A stretch of DNA of 63,258 nt, filler included, from Chiloscyllium plagiosum (GCF_004010195.1; 4 parts of one record of this genome joined end to end with filler, not necessarily neighbours in it), one strand, 5' to 3'. Numbered from the whole stretch's first letter, positions 11,761 through 25,829 are shown. Notes: generated by a model from the sequence alone, not told the origin. Numbers and translations: made by a program.

Positions 11761-12696
11761 TCAGTACATTGCTAAGACTTCTCGAATATTGGTGTTGTTC
11801 AAGGTGAGGTGGTGATATACTGCAGACTGTACAGCATGCCTGATTGTTTTGCTCCAGGTTCTCTGCCTCAAGATCAGCCTAATTGACAAGCTGACTGCCT
11901 GGCAAGCAAAAAAGTCTTCAGAAAATAGAATTGCCGAGGACCAGATACGTTTACGAGTGATGGGCAACAGAGATCACAGAGAGGATGGGTGAGTAATGTG
12001 GGACTTGCAAGGTAGTTGCGATCACATTGCGAGAACTGGGGGAGCTGACAGATTTCATAATCACCAAGAGACGCTGATGCTCGAGGTGGGCAAGTTGTTG
12101 GATATGAGGGTGGGCAATGGAAGTTTGTTAAACTTTGTTAAAATGAAAGTAACCATCTCCTGGGATTGGCTAATCACTTGTCATCCCATCTCCATCAAAA
12201 GAAATGGAGAGGTTTTTGGGGCAGATTGGGATCCTGTTTGAAAATGTTAACTATTTTAATTCCCACTTGATCCAAACATACCAGCTTTTGGACAATAGAA
12301 TTGCTGTCATGCTTCTATTTGTAATGCTAAACATCTATGCTTTTTCAAAACAGACCAGCTTGCTTTCTTCAAAGATCTGTGTCTGTATGTCCGAAGTTTC
12401 TCTCTTCCTACCCCCAATATGAAATTGGACATGCCAATGTTACCAGAGTGTCCACAGCTTAATGAGGTCGAAAATAATCTCCCAAACTTTAAAGTTTGTT
12501 TCTCAGTTGCATGCCATCTGCAAACCTTGAAACATGTTATGTAACCCCTAGTTCAATTTATTAAAAATATTAAAAACGGTTCTCACATTGATTCCCAGGA
12601 AATACCAAAGTAAATTTCACTCCAGTCTGGAATGAACCAATACTCTCTATTTCTTGCATTTTAGCAATTTTAAATGTATGCTGCAGTTTCCCCTTT

Positions 12697-12985
12697 GGTG
12701 TCTCATTAGTTGGCACTGCTGCCTCACAGGGCCAGGGAGTCAGGTTCAGTTACACCCACAGGCGACTGCCTGTGTGGAGTTTACACATTCTCTCCCTTTG
12801 TGTGGGTTTCCTCTGGATACTCCTGTTTCGTTCTCCAGTCCAAAGATGTGCAGGTTAGGTGGATTTGCCATGGGAACTGTAAGGTTTCAGGGATAGGGGC
12901 GGGTATGGGTGGGATGCCCTTCGAAGGGTTGTTATGGACTCGATGTGCTGAATGGCCTGCTTCCACACAGTAGGAATTCTATGAT
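12697..12985 (+). mobile_element. HE1-like SINE
   Basis: tRNA-like head GGCACTGCTGCCTCACAG, V-domain, tail GAATGGCCTGCTTCCACAC. Confidence 0.85.
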
Positions 12986-13379
12986 GATGTTGGAATTGTT
13001 ACCAATTGTCTTGCATGGTGTTTTTGCAACTGTCTTTTGAAAATCAATATACAGGGTGTCAACCAAAGACTCTGTTCAAATTTTCAAAGAATTGAATCGC
13101 AGTCAGTTAAAAATAATTAGAATTTAGTTAATCAATGCTGGGTGTGATTTATTAACCCAAATTTAGGGAAGGAAACTGTCATCTTCACCTGGTCTGGCCT
13201 ACATGTGACTCCAGACCCATAGCAATGTGGTTAACTGTTAAATGTCTTTTGAATGACTGGGGATAGACAATAAATATTGGTCCAGCCAGTGGCACACACA
13301 TCCTGTAAATGAATAATAAAAGAAAATTGAAATGTTGTAGCTAGAGTCTACACTATTCTTTATCTACCTTTTTTAAAAT

Positions 13380-14040
13380 TATTAATTCATGGGATGCGTG
13401 CTTTGCTGGCTGTGTGCATTGCCCATCCCTAGTTGTCCTTGAAAAGATGGTAGTGTGCGGCTTTCTTGAACTGCAGCATTCCATTTATTGTAGTTAGACC
13501 CACAATGCCATTAAGGCGACAGTCCCAGGATTTTTACTCAGCATAACTGAAGGAATGAAAATATATTTCCAAGTCAGGAGGGTGAGTGTCTTGGAGGGAA
13601 CTTGCTGGTGGTGTTCCTATTTATCTGCTGCCATTCTCCTTCTGGATAAAAGTGATCATGGATTTAGGAGGTGCTTTCTCAAGAGCCTTGGTAAGGTTCT
13701 GAAGTACTATCTATAGGTAATACACACTGCTGCTCCTGGAGAGAATGGATATTTATAAATATGGCATCAATCAAGAGGGTTAGTTAGTCCTGGATGATGT
13801 CAAATCTCTTGAGTGTTGTTGGAGCTGCACACATCCAGACGAATGAGGGATATTGCATCACACTCCTGACCTGTGCCTTGGAGATGGTGGACAGGCTTTG
13901 GGGAGCCAGGAGGTGAGTCACTCACTGCAGGATTCTAAGCATTTATGTGCTCTTCTATCCACCATATTTTTACAACTGGTTCCTGGTCAATAATGTTGAT
14001 AGTGAGAGATTCAATGATGGTAATGCAATTGAATGTCAAA
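13380..14040 (-). mobile_element. 3' fragment of the second CR1-group LINE family (as at 48345-52820)
   Basis: Reverse-complement similarity to 52130-52820, e.g. GATGGTGGACAGGCTTTGGGGAG and CTTGAGTGTTGTTGGAGCTGCAC. Confidence 0.75.
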
Positions 14041-14499
14041 AAACCATAATAGCTGTGAGTGGTTGGCAAATGTTAAATGTGGTTGTCCATGTATGAAGGG
14101 TGTGCATAGCTGCTGCCCATGGATTATGCTCTAGGATTCGTGGTGAGCAATAAGGAGGCTGTTCATAACCAGGGTCTCAGATTAGACAGTTACTGTTTTA
14201 CCTACTACTCTTCTATACCAGATCAAAAGGGCCTGATCCATTTTATCTAACTAAAACTTTGTCCATTCCTCACTTCCAGTTGAGCATTCTGGTATTCTCA
14301 GTGAGTAAAGTTAAACTTTATTTACTCTGCTTTTGAACCAAGTCAAATTAGAATCATTTTCTTATCATTTGTATATACATTCACTATATTTGGAGTTTAA
14401 AATAGTGGCATATGTATACTGCTTACCTATTTGAAAAGTTTCTAAGAAGAAAGCAAGCAATCCTCCTAGAACAGTGTCAGAAAACAAGGATGCCCTGGA

Positions 14500-14990
14500 T
14501 TGTTAAAAGAAAATTGTTTATACTACCGAGATTTATAACAGGGCGAGTCAAAACTAAAGGCCATTAGTTTGCTTTCTGTTTAGAATAATCAAGGACTTAT
14601 TTTTAGTTTAGGGGACTCAAAGAAACTTTCTTTTGCACAGCTGGTCAGAAACAATTATAGTCTCTTTGCTAGCAAGGAAGAATTAAGGAAACAATTTTTC
14701 TTCAGTGGAATTGAGGGAATAAACTACATCAGTAGAAAAGTGTAATTTGTGATAAAACTTTCAAACCAGATTTACAATTTATTAGAAGACAAAGTATAAT
14801 CTCTTATTTTGATGAGTATGTCCTTTGTGTAATAAACTTCTGTTCTGTTGTTAAAGAAACACTGCAGTCTCTTGTGACTATGTTTTAGAGAATGACCACC
14901 ACATTAACTAAGGTAAAACAAAATCTATCAAACCAGATTTCATTCTGGGATCTGATTTGTCCAATAGTACCATCAGCTGAGATCATAACA
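14500..14990 (+). mobile_element. 3' part of a solo LTR (related to about 61000-61820)
   Basis: AATAAA at 14831 and a CATAACA terminus. The terminal ATCTGATTTGTCCAATAGTACCATCAGCTG resembles 61572-61600. The 5' end is not resolved. Confidence 0.4.
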
Positions 14991-16164
14991 ATTATGTAAG
15001 TAAATATGACTGCATTATAACTCTTAACAGAATACCGCTCATATTTTAATATGATTATGAAAATAAAACTTTATAAAGCATTCAGAGATCATTGAGAAAG
15101 CAAATTACAATAAAAATATTAATATCATTATTGATTGTATTGATTCCATCACTACCATGTTCAACCAAAATCAATTCTCTGAAATTAAAATTGTTATTCA
15201 TTCTGAAAAGTTTCTATAGGATTTACCTTCCTGTAGAACAAATTTAGCATTTATAGTAATTTGGATATGAATTGAATATCAGAAATTGTTCAATTTCAGT
15301 CAATTTCTTTTTACGAGCTCAGTATAGCTGATTTTGAGGACTCTTAGTGTGCAAGTGGAATACTCTGTAGTAATGTGAAATATTTCCAGTTTTGTACATA
15401 TCAACATTTGGGAAAAGTGCAAGCAGGTTTATCTCTATTTTTATACAATCTGCATAAAAATATTGAAATTGGATCTTAATATCGGTGTCTTTTTATTCTT
15501 GTTACTGTTGTTTTCAGATATCTTCTACTTATCACTGTTATGACAGCATGCTTTATACAAATGATCTGTTCAGTTATCAGTTCATCCAAAATGACATTAA
15601 TTTGTTGAGCTTGGTTGACTGAATCCTTTGTAGATCTCTGCTCATATTATCATAAATTCTGAACTCATAAATCTGCATCTATTGCAAAGCATTAATGCTG
15701 TCAGACTAACTACATAAATCAGGCATACTGTTGTGGCATTCTCAAGGCATTCCTTTTTGCATGTGTTAGGAAAGTCATATATCTTGCTAGTGAAAGTTAC
15801 AAAAGTGTTCAGGAATGAAAAGTTTCACTTTCACACCTGAGCTATCTCCAGTCACACAAAGATGTTGCTACTGAGCAATGATTGATGTGCAGTCGTAATG
15901 GAAAACATTGAAGGGGACCTACTAGAACTAGGTTGTGGAGTATACATCTGCCATATGCTCTGGGGAGGCTTAACTTTTGGGCTATATTTCACAATCCAAT
16001 AGCTGTATGTCAACATGGACAACAAACAGATGGTTTTCAAAGACACTTGTGTTGAGAATTTATATTGCATTTACGTTCAGACACTTATATTCAGATATAT
16101 AATAGCACTCTATTTCAATATACATAAACTTATTCATTTTCATATAAAAAATTTACGTACAGAT

Positions 16165-16500
16165 TTTTTTTCTGGGATGTGAGTATTCTAGCCAGGCCAA
16201 TACTTGTTGCTGTTCCCTAATTAATCAGATGCCAAATTGCTGATGTCCCACACTCTCATGTAGGACAAACCAGATAAAGATGGTAAATTTCTGTACTCAT
16301 ATTAGTGAATCAAATTTTTTTTTGAAATAACTATTGGCACTGATTACATATTTGCCAATAGGATAACTTTGTAGTCCAGACTTTTCATTGTATTCAAATT
16401 TCACCATCTGTCATGGTCAAATTCAAGGCTTTGTCCTCAGAATGTTAGCCTGGGTAGTGGATGATTAGTACAATGACATTACCTTGATATTACCATGCCC
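16165..16500 (-). mobile_element. Second SINE family (as at 38502-38830), decayed
   Basis: TTCAAATTTCACCATCTGTCATGG is the reverse complement of CCATGGCAGATGGTGGAATTTGAA. Other decayed copies lie near 13160-13320 (+), 34220-34500 (-) and 36010-36460 (-). Confidence 0.6.
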
Positions 16501-16724
16501 CCTGTGAATTTAGAAAAATTATATCCTATATTATTATATATTAATATTACAACTTGTACTTCTTCCACAGATTTACTATGAATTTCATTGAAAACAATGA
16601 GGTTACTTGATGCTATTAGGCGAAGTTGACTTCATCTAATAACTGATGAATGCACTGTATAATGTGAAAGAATGTTCCCTCTGATTCTATCTGATACTTT
16701 GCTCGACTTAAAGCCCAGTATTAT

Positions 16725-18275
16725 TAGAGTCATAGAGTCATAGAGATGTACAGCACGGAAACAGAACCTTCGGTCCAAACCGTCCATGCCGACCAGATAT
16801 CCCAACCCAATCTAGTCCCATCTGCCAGCACCAGGCCCATATCCCTCCAAACCCTTCCTATTCATATACCCATCCAAATGCCTCTTAAATGTTGCAATTG
16901 TACCAGCCTCCACCACATCCTCTGGCAGCTCATTCCATACACGTACCACACTCTGCATGAAAAAGTTGCCCCTTAGGTCTCTTTTATATCTTTCCCCTCT
17001 CACCCTAAACCTATGCCCTCTAGTCCTGGACTCCCCGACCCCAGGGAAAAGACTTTGTCTATTTATCCTATCCANNNNNNNNNNNNNNNNNNNNNNNNNN
17101 NNNNNNNNNNNNNNNNNNNNNNNNNNNNNNNNNNNNNNNNNNNNNNNNNNNNNNNNNNNNNNNNNNNNNNNNNNNNNNNNNNNNNNNNNNNNNNNNNNNN
17201 NNNNNNNNNNNNNNNNNNNNNNNNNNNNNNNNNNNNNNNNNNNNNNNNNNNNNNNNNNNNNNNNNNNNNNNNNNNNNNNNNNNNNNNNNNNNNNNNNNNN
17301 NNNNNNNNNNNNNNNNNNNNNNNNNNNNNNNNNNNNNNNNNNNNNNNNNNNNNNNNNNNNNNNTCAAGATCCTGTTGTAATCTGAGGTAACCCTGTTCAC
17401 TGTACTAAACCTCCAATTTTGGTGTCATCTGCAAACTTACTAACTGTACCTCTTATGCTCGCATCCAATCATTTATGTAAATGACAAAACGTAGAGGGCG
17501 CAGCACCAATTTTTGTGGCACTCCACTGGTCACAGGCCTCCAGTCTGAAAAACAACCCTCCACCACCACCCTCTGTCTTCTACTGTCTTGAGCCAGTTCA
17601 GTATCCAAATGGCTAGTTCTCCCTATATTCCATGAGTTCTAACCTTGCTAATCAGTCTCCCATGAGGAACCTTGTTGAATGCCTTACTGAAGTCCATATA
17701 GATCACATCTACTGCTCTGCCCTCATCAATCCTCTTTGTTACTTCTTCAAAAAACTCAATCAAGTTTGTGAGACATGATTTCCCACGCACAAAGCCATGT
17801 TGATTATCCCGAAATACATGTACATCCTGTCTCTTAGGATTCCCTCCAACAACTTGCCCACCACTGAGGTCAGGCTCACCGGTCTATAGTTCCCTGGCTT
17901 GTCTTTACCGCCCTTCTTAAACAGTGGCACTATGTTTGCCAACCTTCAATCATCCGGCACCTCACCTGTGACTATTGATCATAGAAATATCTCAGCAAAA
18001 GGCCCAGCAATCAAATCTCTAGTTTCCCATACAGTTCTCGGATACACCTGATCAGGTCCTGGGGATTTATCCACCTTTAATCATTTCAAGACATCCAGTA
18101 CTTCCTCCTCTGTATTCTGGACATTTTGCAAGATGTCACCATTTATTTCCCTACAGTCTATATCTTTAATATCCTTTTCCACAGTAAATACTGATGAAAA
18201 AGTTTGTTTCTCAATTTCCCTCTGACTATTGGGGGGTCTATAATACAATCCCAATAAGGTGATCATCCCTTTCAT
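16725..18275 (-). mobile_element. CR1 LINE with internal deletions and an assembly gap
   Basis: (ATAGAGTC)n tail; RT ANIVPLFKKGGKDKPGNYRPVSLTS; endonuclease LGLYYRPPNSQ at 18200-18270. Confidence 0.9.
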
Positions 18276-18998
18276 ATTGAGTGGTAAGAATGGCTTGAAC
18301 AAAATGAATATGATAAACAGCATCTTACTGAAATGCAATTTTGGGTTGTGCCATATCAGATGTTGGAGAGAAGGATAATTATTTTGAAGTGGAAGGTTAT
18401 CTCTCTCTAATCCAAATAGAGAAAGTAGAAGTGAATTCTTGTGAACAAATTCAGGAGCAGGTGAGAAAGTAATTTGTAGTTCTCTGAATGTTTATTGATA
18501 CATATGCACTGACTTAATTTCATAATGATGCCTTGCAATACATTTCAATGGAATCTCAATAACAGATTGGTGGAAAATTACAGGGAAGAATGCACAGCAT
18601 TTTGCAACTACTCATCTGTTTTCCATGTACAAAGTATGCCCAAAATGTTCACATTTTCCTCAATATCAATACCACACTGATTTATTTGTCATGATTGCAG
18701 CAACACAAATTTACAATGAATCAGCATCAATCCAAGATATTTCAAAGCCACCTGTTTACAAATTGACATCAAGCAGATGTTTGTTGGACTTTTCTATCCC
18801 AGACCATATCAGACTGTCTTTTTCCTTTATAGAGAAGGTGTACTTATGTAAGGTGCTTCAGCCGACAGTCATTTTGGATATCTCGGCAAACGTACGCTGC
18901 ATGACTCCTGATCCTGTCCTTTCTTGCCAAGGTTGCCATATAGTCTGATGTATTCCTGGAAATATGTAATATTTGACCACATTGGCATTTTATCTGGT

Positions 18999-19219
18999 CA
19001 TGATTTAGAGGAGCCGGTGTTGGACTGGAGTGTACAAAGCCAAAAATCACACAACACCAGATTATAGTCCAACAGGTTTATGTGGAAACACAAGCTTTCA
19101 CAGCACTGCTCCTTCATCAGGTGATTGTGTCACAACCACCTGATGAAGGAGCAGCGCTCCAAAAGCTAGTATTGCCAAATAAACCTGTTGGACTATAACC
19201 TGGCGTTGTGTGATTTCTG
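18999..19219. mobile_element. Fold-back remnant of PLE family B termini
   Basis: Inverted arms AAATCACACAACACCAG...AACAGGTTTA / TAAACCTGTTGGACTATAACCTGG...GTGTGATTT. TSD ATTTTATCTGGT (18987-18998) / ATTCTATCTGGT (19220-19231). Confidence 0.8.
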
Positions 19220-19451
19220 ATTCTATCTGGTGGCATTGTTCATGTTAAAGAAACACATTTTAGCCGTAATCACATAACATGCTTGATCTCAAGGAATTTT
19301 GTCCACTGTGTGTAAATGTAACAACATCTACATCAGTCAAATGCAATTGAACACCAAGATCAGTCTCAAATAAATGATTATCTGTTAAATAGTGAAGTGG
19401 ATAGTATAATTTACAAATCAAGTTAAGAACATGACAGAACAGAAAGATTTG

Positions 19452-19772
19452 AGTATTTTCCCTGGGGTGGGAGAATCCAGAACGAGAAGGCATCGGTTTA
19501 GGGTGAGAGGAAAAAGATATAAAAGGGATGTAAGGGGCAACCTTTTCACACAGAGGGTGGTGCATGTGTAGAATAAGCTGCTAGAGGAAGTGGTGGAGGC
19601 TGGTACAATTACAACATTTAAAAGGCATCTGGATATGTATATGATTAGAGGAATTTAGAGGGATATGGGCCAAGTGCTGGAAATGGGTCTAGATTAGGTT
19701 AGGATATCTGGTCAGCATGAACGAGTTGGACCGAGGGATCTGTTTCCATGCTGTCCATCTATATGACTCTAT
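19452..19772 (+). mobile_element. CR1 3' end fragment
   Basis: End of ORF2 and 3' UTR ending in TCTATATGACTCTATG. Confidence 0.85.
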
Positions 19773-21209
19773 GGTTTTATAAGTAATTTTAAGTTGTTGT
19801 GGACTGGTGAGGAATATGAAATAATGTCTTCTCTGTCCTCCTCTTGACTAAATGCAAAAAGACACATTTTTAAAACAGCGTATGTTAACCCTTGAGTGTT
19901 GTGATATTAACAGAAGAAGCCAAAAAGACTTTTTTTTTAAACTTTAAGTGAGAAGAAATATTAAACACTTATTTTTCACAACATCTGAAATATAATTGCA
20001 ACAAGCATTCATTCCTCATTCACACTCAAGACACACACATACAGGAAAAAGATGATTTCTAAAGATTTACTTAGATTATTTAAAGGATCAAAACAACCAA
20101 TCACTGCAATTATCAGTCCATAATCTAGTGGTTGAAGGATTCTCTCTTGATTCAGTGAAGATAATGAAATTTGAATGCTTCTGCCATTTCCAGTCACAGC
20201 TGTGGTTGAGTTGCTGCAAGTATAATGTTAGCCCTGCTTCTCTTCCTGATGCAGAGCGCCTCCTTTTGCTAGATACAACAGTGTCTCTCTGTTCCTTGTC
20301 TGGATTGACTCTCTGGATGCTCAATGAATAAATAATTGCTATCACTGGTCAGTTTTTGTCATGTGCTACTGGCATCAATGTTTTCCATTATTCACATAAT
20401 GGATTGATGGCTGGTGTAATTGTCACACAATGAAGCATGAATGACATAATTTGCACATGTTAATGATAAAGGTATTGTTTCACCCAACCCTTTGTCACAT
20501 GTTAAGTTTTCAAAAACCAAGCCTAGGGAGAAATTATATTTGTGTTTCTGTAAATATCCTGACAATACTAAACGCAAGTTTCAAGAGTTAGCTCGAATGC
20601 TGGTATCTAATCAATTGAAAGTTCTCGACTAGGCCATTTACATTTTAGTGATTTTCCAGAGACATTTTCCAATATGAGTTAATCCTTCATTTTGAAGCCA
20701 TGAAAGAAATCACCTGACACCCTGTAGTCCATTATGTCAAGGTCTATTCCATACTGTCTTTCAAAAGTAAATTGTCTATCCTTATAAAACATTTTATGAG
20801 CATATACCATGACATGACACAATAAATACTGTTCCTGTGATGTTTTTGCAATGATAGCAGTGAGAAATATCAAATATATTCCATTGATGCAACAAACCAT
20901 TGCCATAAAATAACCTTATTAAAGTTTGCTGGCGGTACAAAGAAAGTGATAAAAATGAAAAATAAAACGAAACAAATCTAATGCAGTTCACTGGTTCTCA
21001 CACTCACTTTCTGTTGAAACATTGCTTCATTCAAGTTAGGCTCAGACTTCAGAGAATAGCACTAAAGCTGCCTGACTCCCATAATTAAAAAGATGAAGCA
21101 CCATTCCCATCAATCCATTCATGATCTGTTTGTCTTTTCAGAAACATAGGAACATGGAAGCAGAAATAGACTATTCAGCCTATCAAGCCTGCTTGGTTAT
21201 TCAATACAA

Positions 21210-21912
21210 TGTTACGACACAGGGTTAAACCCCACCTGCTAATTTAAAGCAGCAACACAGAAAAGATTTACCCCGTGTGGAAATCTGTTAAAATTCAAGT
21301 TGCCAAGAACTATCCCAAAAGTCACTATTTAAAGTAAAAATTAACAACATAATTCTTAAGTCTAACAACTATTTACAACTCCTTTCTCTAAACTAACTTT
21401 TACTCTACAATACTAGTCCGATAAAACTCCCGATTAAGATTTACTGAAAAATTTAAATTTCAAAACCAGCCAGCTGTCGAATCTTCTCTTTGTATCTTCC
21501 TTGTAGATTTGCCCTCCAGGTCAGTTTTCAATGTTTTTTTCTCTGTGCAAACTCCCTTTCGAGACAGGTAACTCTCAGAGAGTTCTGACTAGCAGCCTAC
21601 ATCTGTTGGTCTTTTAGCAGTTCTCCTCCAACTGTTCAATTTGTTTAATATTTATACCCCAAAGCATCAGATGGCTTAATTGGTGTTAATATTGTCAAAA
21701 TACTAAATTCATACTTGATTGGAGTTTGGTATTTTGGGGCAAAATCTAAACCGAATTGGCCGAATTTGAATTTGTTGTTTTTTGTCTCCAGGCAACCCAA
21801 CTAATCTAGCTGTTCGACTTAATGTTACATTGTTACCTTGTTCCAAACTCTCTGTGCCTCTCTAAGTCCTTGCTAGCTTTTAACTCTCTTAAAGGTACAG
21901 TACTTCATAGCA
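21210..21912 (-). mobile_element. 703-bp solo LTR inserted in a decayed CR1 3' end (about 21140-22070, minus)
   Basis: Termini TGTTACG...CATAGCA; 4-bp TSD ACAA (21206-21209 / 21913-21916). The flanks rejoin as CR1 3' UTR. Minus-strand TATAAA near 21655. Confidence 0.75.
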
Positions 21913-22073
21913 ACAATCATGGCTGGTCATTAACGTCAATGCCTTTTCCCACGCAATTCTTATACATTTTTATGTCAATGCTACTTAAAAATATGTCAGT
22001 CTTTGCTTTGAACATACCTCATGACTGAACTTCCACAACCATCTGGAGTAGAGCGTTTCAAAGATTGACAATT

Positions 22074-22590
22074 GCTTGCATTTGTATAGTATCTCTCACA
22101 GCCACCAGACATCAGACAGATAATTATTTATTTAGCAAAGGTATTAAGGGGCAAGGGCCAAAGACAAGTATATGGAGTTAGTCCACATATCAGCCACAAT
22201 CTCATTGAATGATGGATCAGGCTTGAGGAGCTGAATGGCCTACTCCTTTTCCTATGCTCCTATGAAAGATTGCAGCCAATTTGCACATGGCATACAAACA
22301 AAACGGGAACACCGACAAGGTATTATGCTGCTTTTGTAATGTTAATTAAGGGATAAATATTAGCCAGGATACCAGGGAAAGCTATTCTTCTTCAAATCAG
22401 TACCATGGATTGTTTATGTTGATTGATGGGTGCAGAGGTGGCCTTGATTTCAAACCTCAACTAAAAGACAGAATCTCTAATAATGTTTCATCGGTATTCC
22501 AATGGCATGTCAATTTTGATTTTTTACACAAGTCCTGAAAACTGCAGACAAACCTCTTACCCACAATAAGAGGACCATCAACTGTGCCAG
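22074..22590 (-). mobile_element. Decayed Deu-domain SINE (SacSINE1/AmnSINE1-like), interrupted by a CR1 3' fragment (about 22120-22265, +)
   Basis: GCAGCCAATTTGCACA, GGGATAAATATTAGCCAGGATACCAGGG, TCTTCTTCAAAT..TACCATGG and AAAGACAG match the reverse complement of the Deu domain as I recall it. Confidence 0.65.
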
Positions 22591-23224
22591 CCTGAAATTT
22601 TGAGTGTTTCTTTCTTTCCTTCCTTCCTGAGCATATATTTATGGTTCTATAGCACTTGGTTTTCATTCTCCTAATAAAATGACATGTTTTAAATAGTGGA
22701 TAGCCTAAGAAGGCTGACAAACCCCTGCAAGTATCCAATCTCCAGGACAGTCAAACAAAGTGAGCAGATTAGGATCTCTATACTTTGACCAGAGCCAACA
22801 GGTACAAATTAATGTCCATGCATGTAGATGCTTTAATCAGACTAATGCATGTCTCGTCCATTCATCCTTAATGGCTGAAGTATTCTTCCTTCTATTCTAT
22901 AACTTTTGCAAATTTTAGTTCTGATATTATGAGAACTATTTCGGATAGGTTTCAAATGTTCTCCTGATATTGTGCAGAGATTGATTTTGGAGGTTGTGCT
23001 ATTTCCTATATTTGAAGAAAAATCTGCCTTAAATTGCATTTGTCATCTAAATTCTAACATATTTATGTTTCTTGTGTGCAAAATAGAAGTTTGGAGCCAT
23101 AAACTAATTAATCCTGATTGTAAGTACATTGTCTTATAAAATTCACAGGGAAGATTCTTCGTTGACTATATAATTTTGTATTTACTGTAAAACAAAATGC
23201 TGCACATTTTAATATTCAGTTCTG

Positions 23225-24340
23225 CAGTTAACACTATCATTCCTCAGCACCTGATTGGAAAGCTGAGTCTGATGTGTCTAAATACCTCCCTGTGTAACTG
23301 GATCCTGGACTTCGTGACTGGGAGACCCTAGTCAGTCCAGATAGGGAACATCATCTCGAACACCATCACACTAAGCATGGGGCCCCCCAGTGCTCAGTCC
23401 ACTGCTGTTCACCCATGCTGACACACGAATGTGCAGTGGTGCACAAGTCAAATCACATCATCAAGTTGGCTGATGACACGACTGTAGTGGGTCTCATCAG
23501 CAGGAACGATGAGTCAATATACAGAGAAGAGGTGCAGTGGCTGAAGGACTGGTGCAGAGCCAACAAACTGTCTCTGAACGTGGACAAGACAAAAGACATG
23601 GTTGTTGTGTTCAGGAGAGCATGGAGCAACTGCTCTCCACTGGACATCGATGGCTCCCCTGTAGAGATCGTGAAGAACATCAAATTTCTTGGCCTACACC
23701 TGGCAGGGAATCTCACCTGAACCCTCAACACCAGCTCCATAGCCAAGAAAGCCCAGCAGTGACTCTACTTTCTGCACCGCTGAGGAAAGCCCACCTCCCA
23801 CGCCCCATCCTCACCACATTCTACAGACTACCACAGAATACCCTGAGCTGCTGCATCACTGCCTGGTTTGGGAATTGCACCGCCTCGGATCTTAAGACCC
23901 TACAATGGATAGTGAGGACAGCTGAGAAGATCATCGGGGTCTCTCTTCCCTCCATTACAAACATTTACTTCACACACTGCATTTGAAAAGCTAGAGCATT
24001 TTGGAAGACCTCACACAACCCTCACTCACTCTTCTCCCTCCTGCCATTTGGCAGAAGATACCAGAGCTTACGGTCTCTCACAGCCAGACTGTGCGACAGT
24101 TTCTTTCCCAAGCTGTCAGGCTCCTTAACATTGTGTGATTGAACTCTTACTGATCTGAAATTCTTTCGTATTGCGGTTAGAAAAATGTCTATCATCTATC
24201 ATTCTTCTGTTACACTGTAACTTGCATATTTTGCACTTCTTATGCACTTTATGCCATGTAGCACCTTCAGTCCTGGAGGAACACTGTCTCATTTTTACTG
24301 TATCAGTTGTATATGGTAGGAATGACAAATAAAAGCTAGT
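23225..24340 (+). mobile_element. Rex1/Babar-type LINE, 5'-truncated (RT C-terminal half and 3' UTR)
   Basis: CNWILDF; THECAVVHKSNHIIKLADDTTVVGLISRNDESIYREEV; LSLNVDKTKDMVV; LSCCITAWFGNC; AATAAA near 24328. Confidence 0.85.
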
Positions 24341-25829
24341 CTACTTTATTCATCGCATATAATACACACTTCATAAAGCTCACTCATTAACTGCTAAACG
24401 GTCAAGCAATATTCTTGTTCTTTAAACTCAGCCTGCAATTTTGGACAAAGGGAGGATACGGTGACATAGCTCAATTAACATTTCTGTTTGCAGTGCTGAA
24501 TAATTGGACTAATGGACAGAATTTAGTGCAATTCATTGGTACTGGCAATTTAGTGGGAGTGGAGAACACGTGGGGGCTGTGTATCAGAAATCTGGAGAAA
24601 AGTTTCTAACACGGAAAAATTAGTTGTTAGCAGTGGGTATCTCATTGGAATAAACAATAACCAAATTGAATATGTTTTGCATCTAATGGTAATTGACAGT
24701 CTTCTGAACTCATAGCGATTTATATGTGTCTTCCATACCCTTACTAAGTTATCAACTAAGCCCTGGCAACTCAAGTGGCTTCCTTCACTTTTGGCGAGTG
24801 ATATTTTGACTTCAAGGAGACTGAGTCACAGAGTAAGATATTGATGTAGGAGACTACTTCTCCATTTTAAAAAAAGGTTGTGGAATTGAAAGGTTACAAG
24901 ACAAAGTATTAGCCAGGAATCTTGAAACAAGAATGTACTTTTATTTGCCCTTGACGTTCAGCAGAAAATAATAAATTGTGCATGTCAGGAAGCAAGGTGG
25001 TACAGTCAGAGGTGGTGGAGTGTTTATGGTAGGTTTGGACAGGTGAGAGAGATCAGGTTTGGGGATGGGCATGGTGTTGCATCCAGGATGGGGGTTTTTG
25101 GGTTCTGGGGGTTGCGTCAATGGATCGGGATGGGAGATGTGAAGTCCAGTGGTGGGAAAGGAAGGGTCAGGTCTGGCGACAGGAGGAGATGTGTTGTATC
25201 TCTCGATCGGGATTGGGGGCATTGGGGCCTGGGGTGGTTTAACTCCATTTTTTTCCATGCCCTTCATTTGGCATGTTAGGGGAATAACAGACATTGACAA
25301 TCAGCTGGATAGTCAATTGCTGAAAGGCCATCTTATTTTCCTGGTCAGGTCTGGGTTAAGTCTAAAGTTTCTAACCAACTGTTGGTACAACTAATGTGGA
25401 ATTGAAAAATAGATTGATGCTTATTAAGTCTCCAAATTGTCTCATGAGACCTGGTAAGTACAAGGCCTCGGCAAATGCAAAGGCATTCAATAGGTTCACA
25501 ATTTTAATTATCAGTGAATTATGCTTTTAATGCACCTTTAAGTTGAAGTGAAGCTTTTCTTATGATTTTGTTTGTGATATGACTAGTTACGAACCCTTTC
25601 ATGAAATCACCCAAGATCCCTTTATTGGTACCATCAAGCTGAAGTACAGACTAAGGATATGAGGTAAATAATTTAGGACTAAAGTGCAGAGAAATGTCTT
25701 AACTCAGATAAAGGTGTGCCAGCGAGTGCAGTCACTTTGAAACCGTGCCCACCCAAACAGGAACTCCCGAGAGAACGTTGATCACAAGAATACACTACCA
25801 CAGAAAGCAGTCAAGGCCAGTCAGAAAAC

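Noticed and set aside
15898..16002. Short peptide MENIEGDLLELGCG resembling methyltransferase motif I
   Set aside because: Only 34 codons, bounded by stops, with no convincing splice sites or partner exons; probably chance.
18081..18338. ORF joining YYRPPNSQ to FSSVFTVEK
   Set aside because: It results from an internal deletion in a dead CR1 and is not a new gene.
18999..19219. Long hairpins as possible pre-miRNAs or MITEs
   Set aside because: The arms are PLE terminal sequence with variable inversion points and variable-length TSDs, unlike fixed-TIR DNA transposons; there is no evidence of expression.
24980..25260. G-rich tract (and C-rich tract at about 1470-1750) as a possible G-quadruplex or ORF
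   Set aside because: Low-complexity, probably part of an old unclassified repeat; the Pro/Gly-rich ORFs are compositional.
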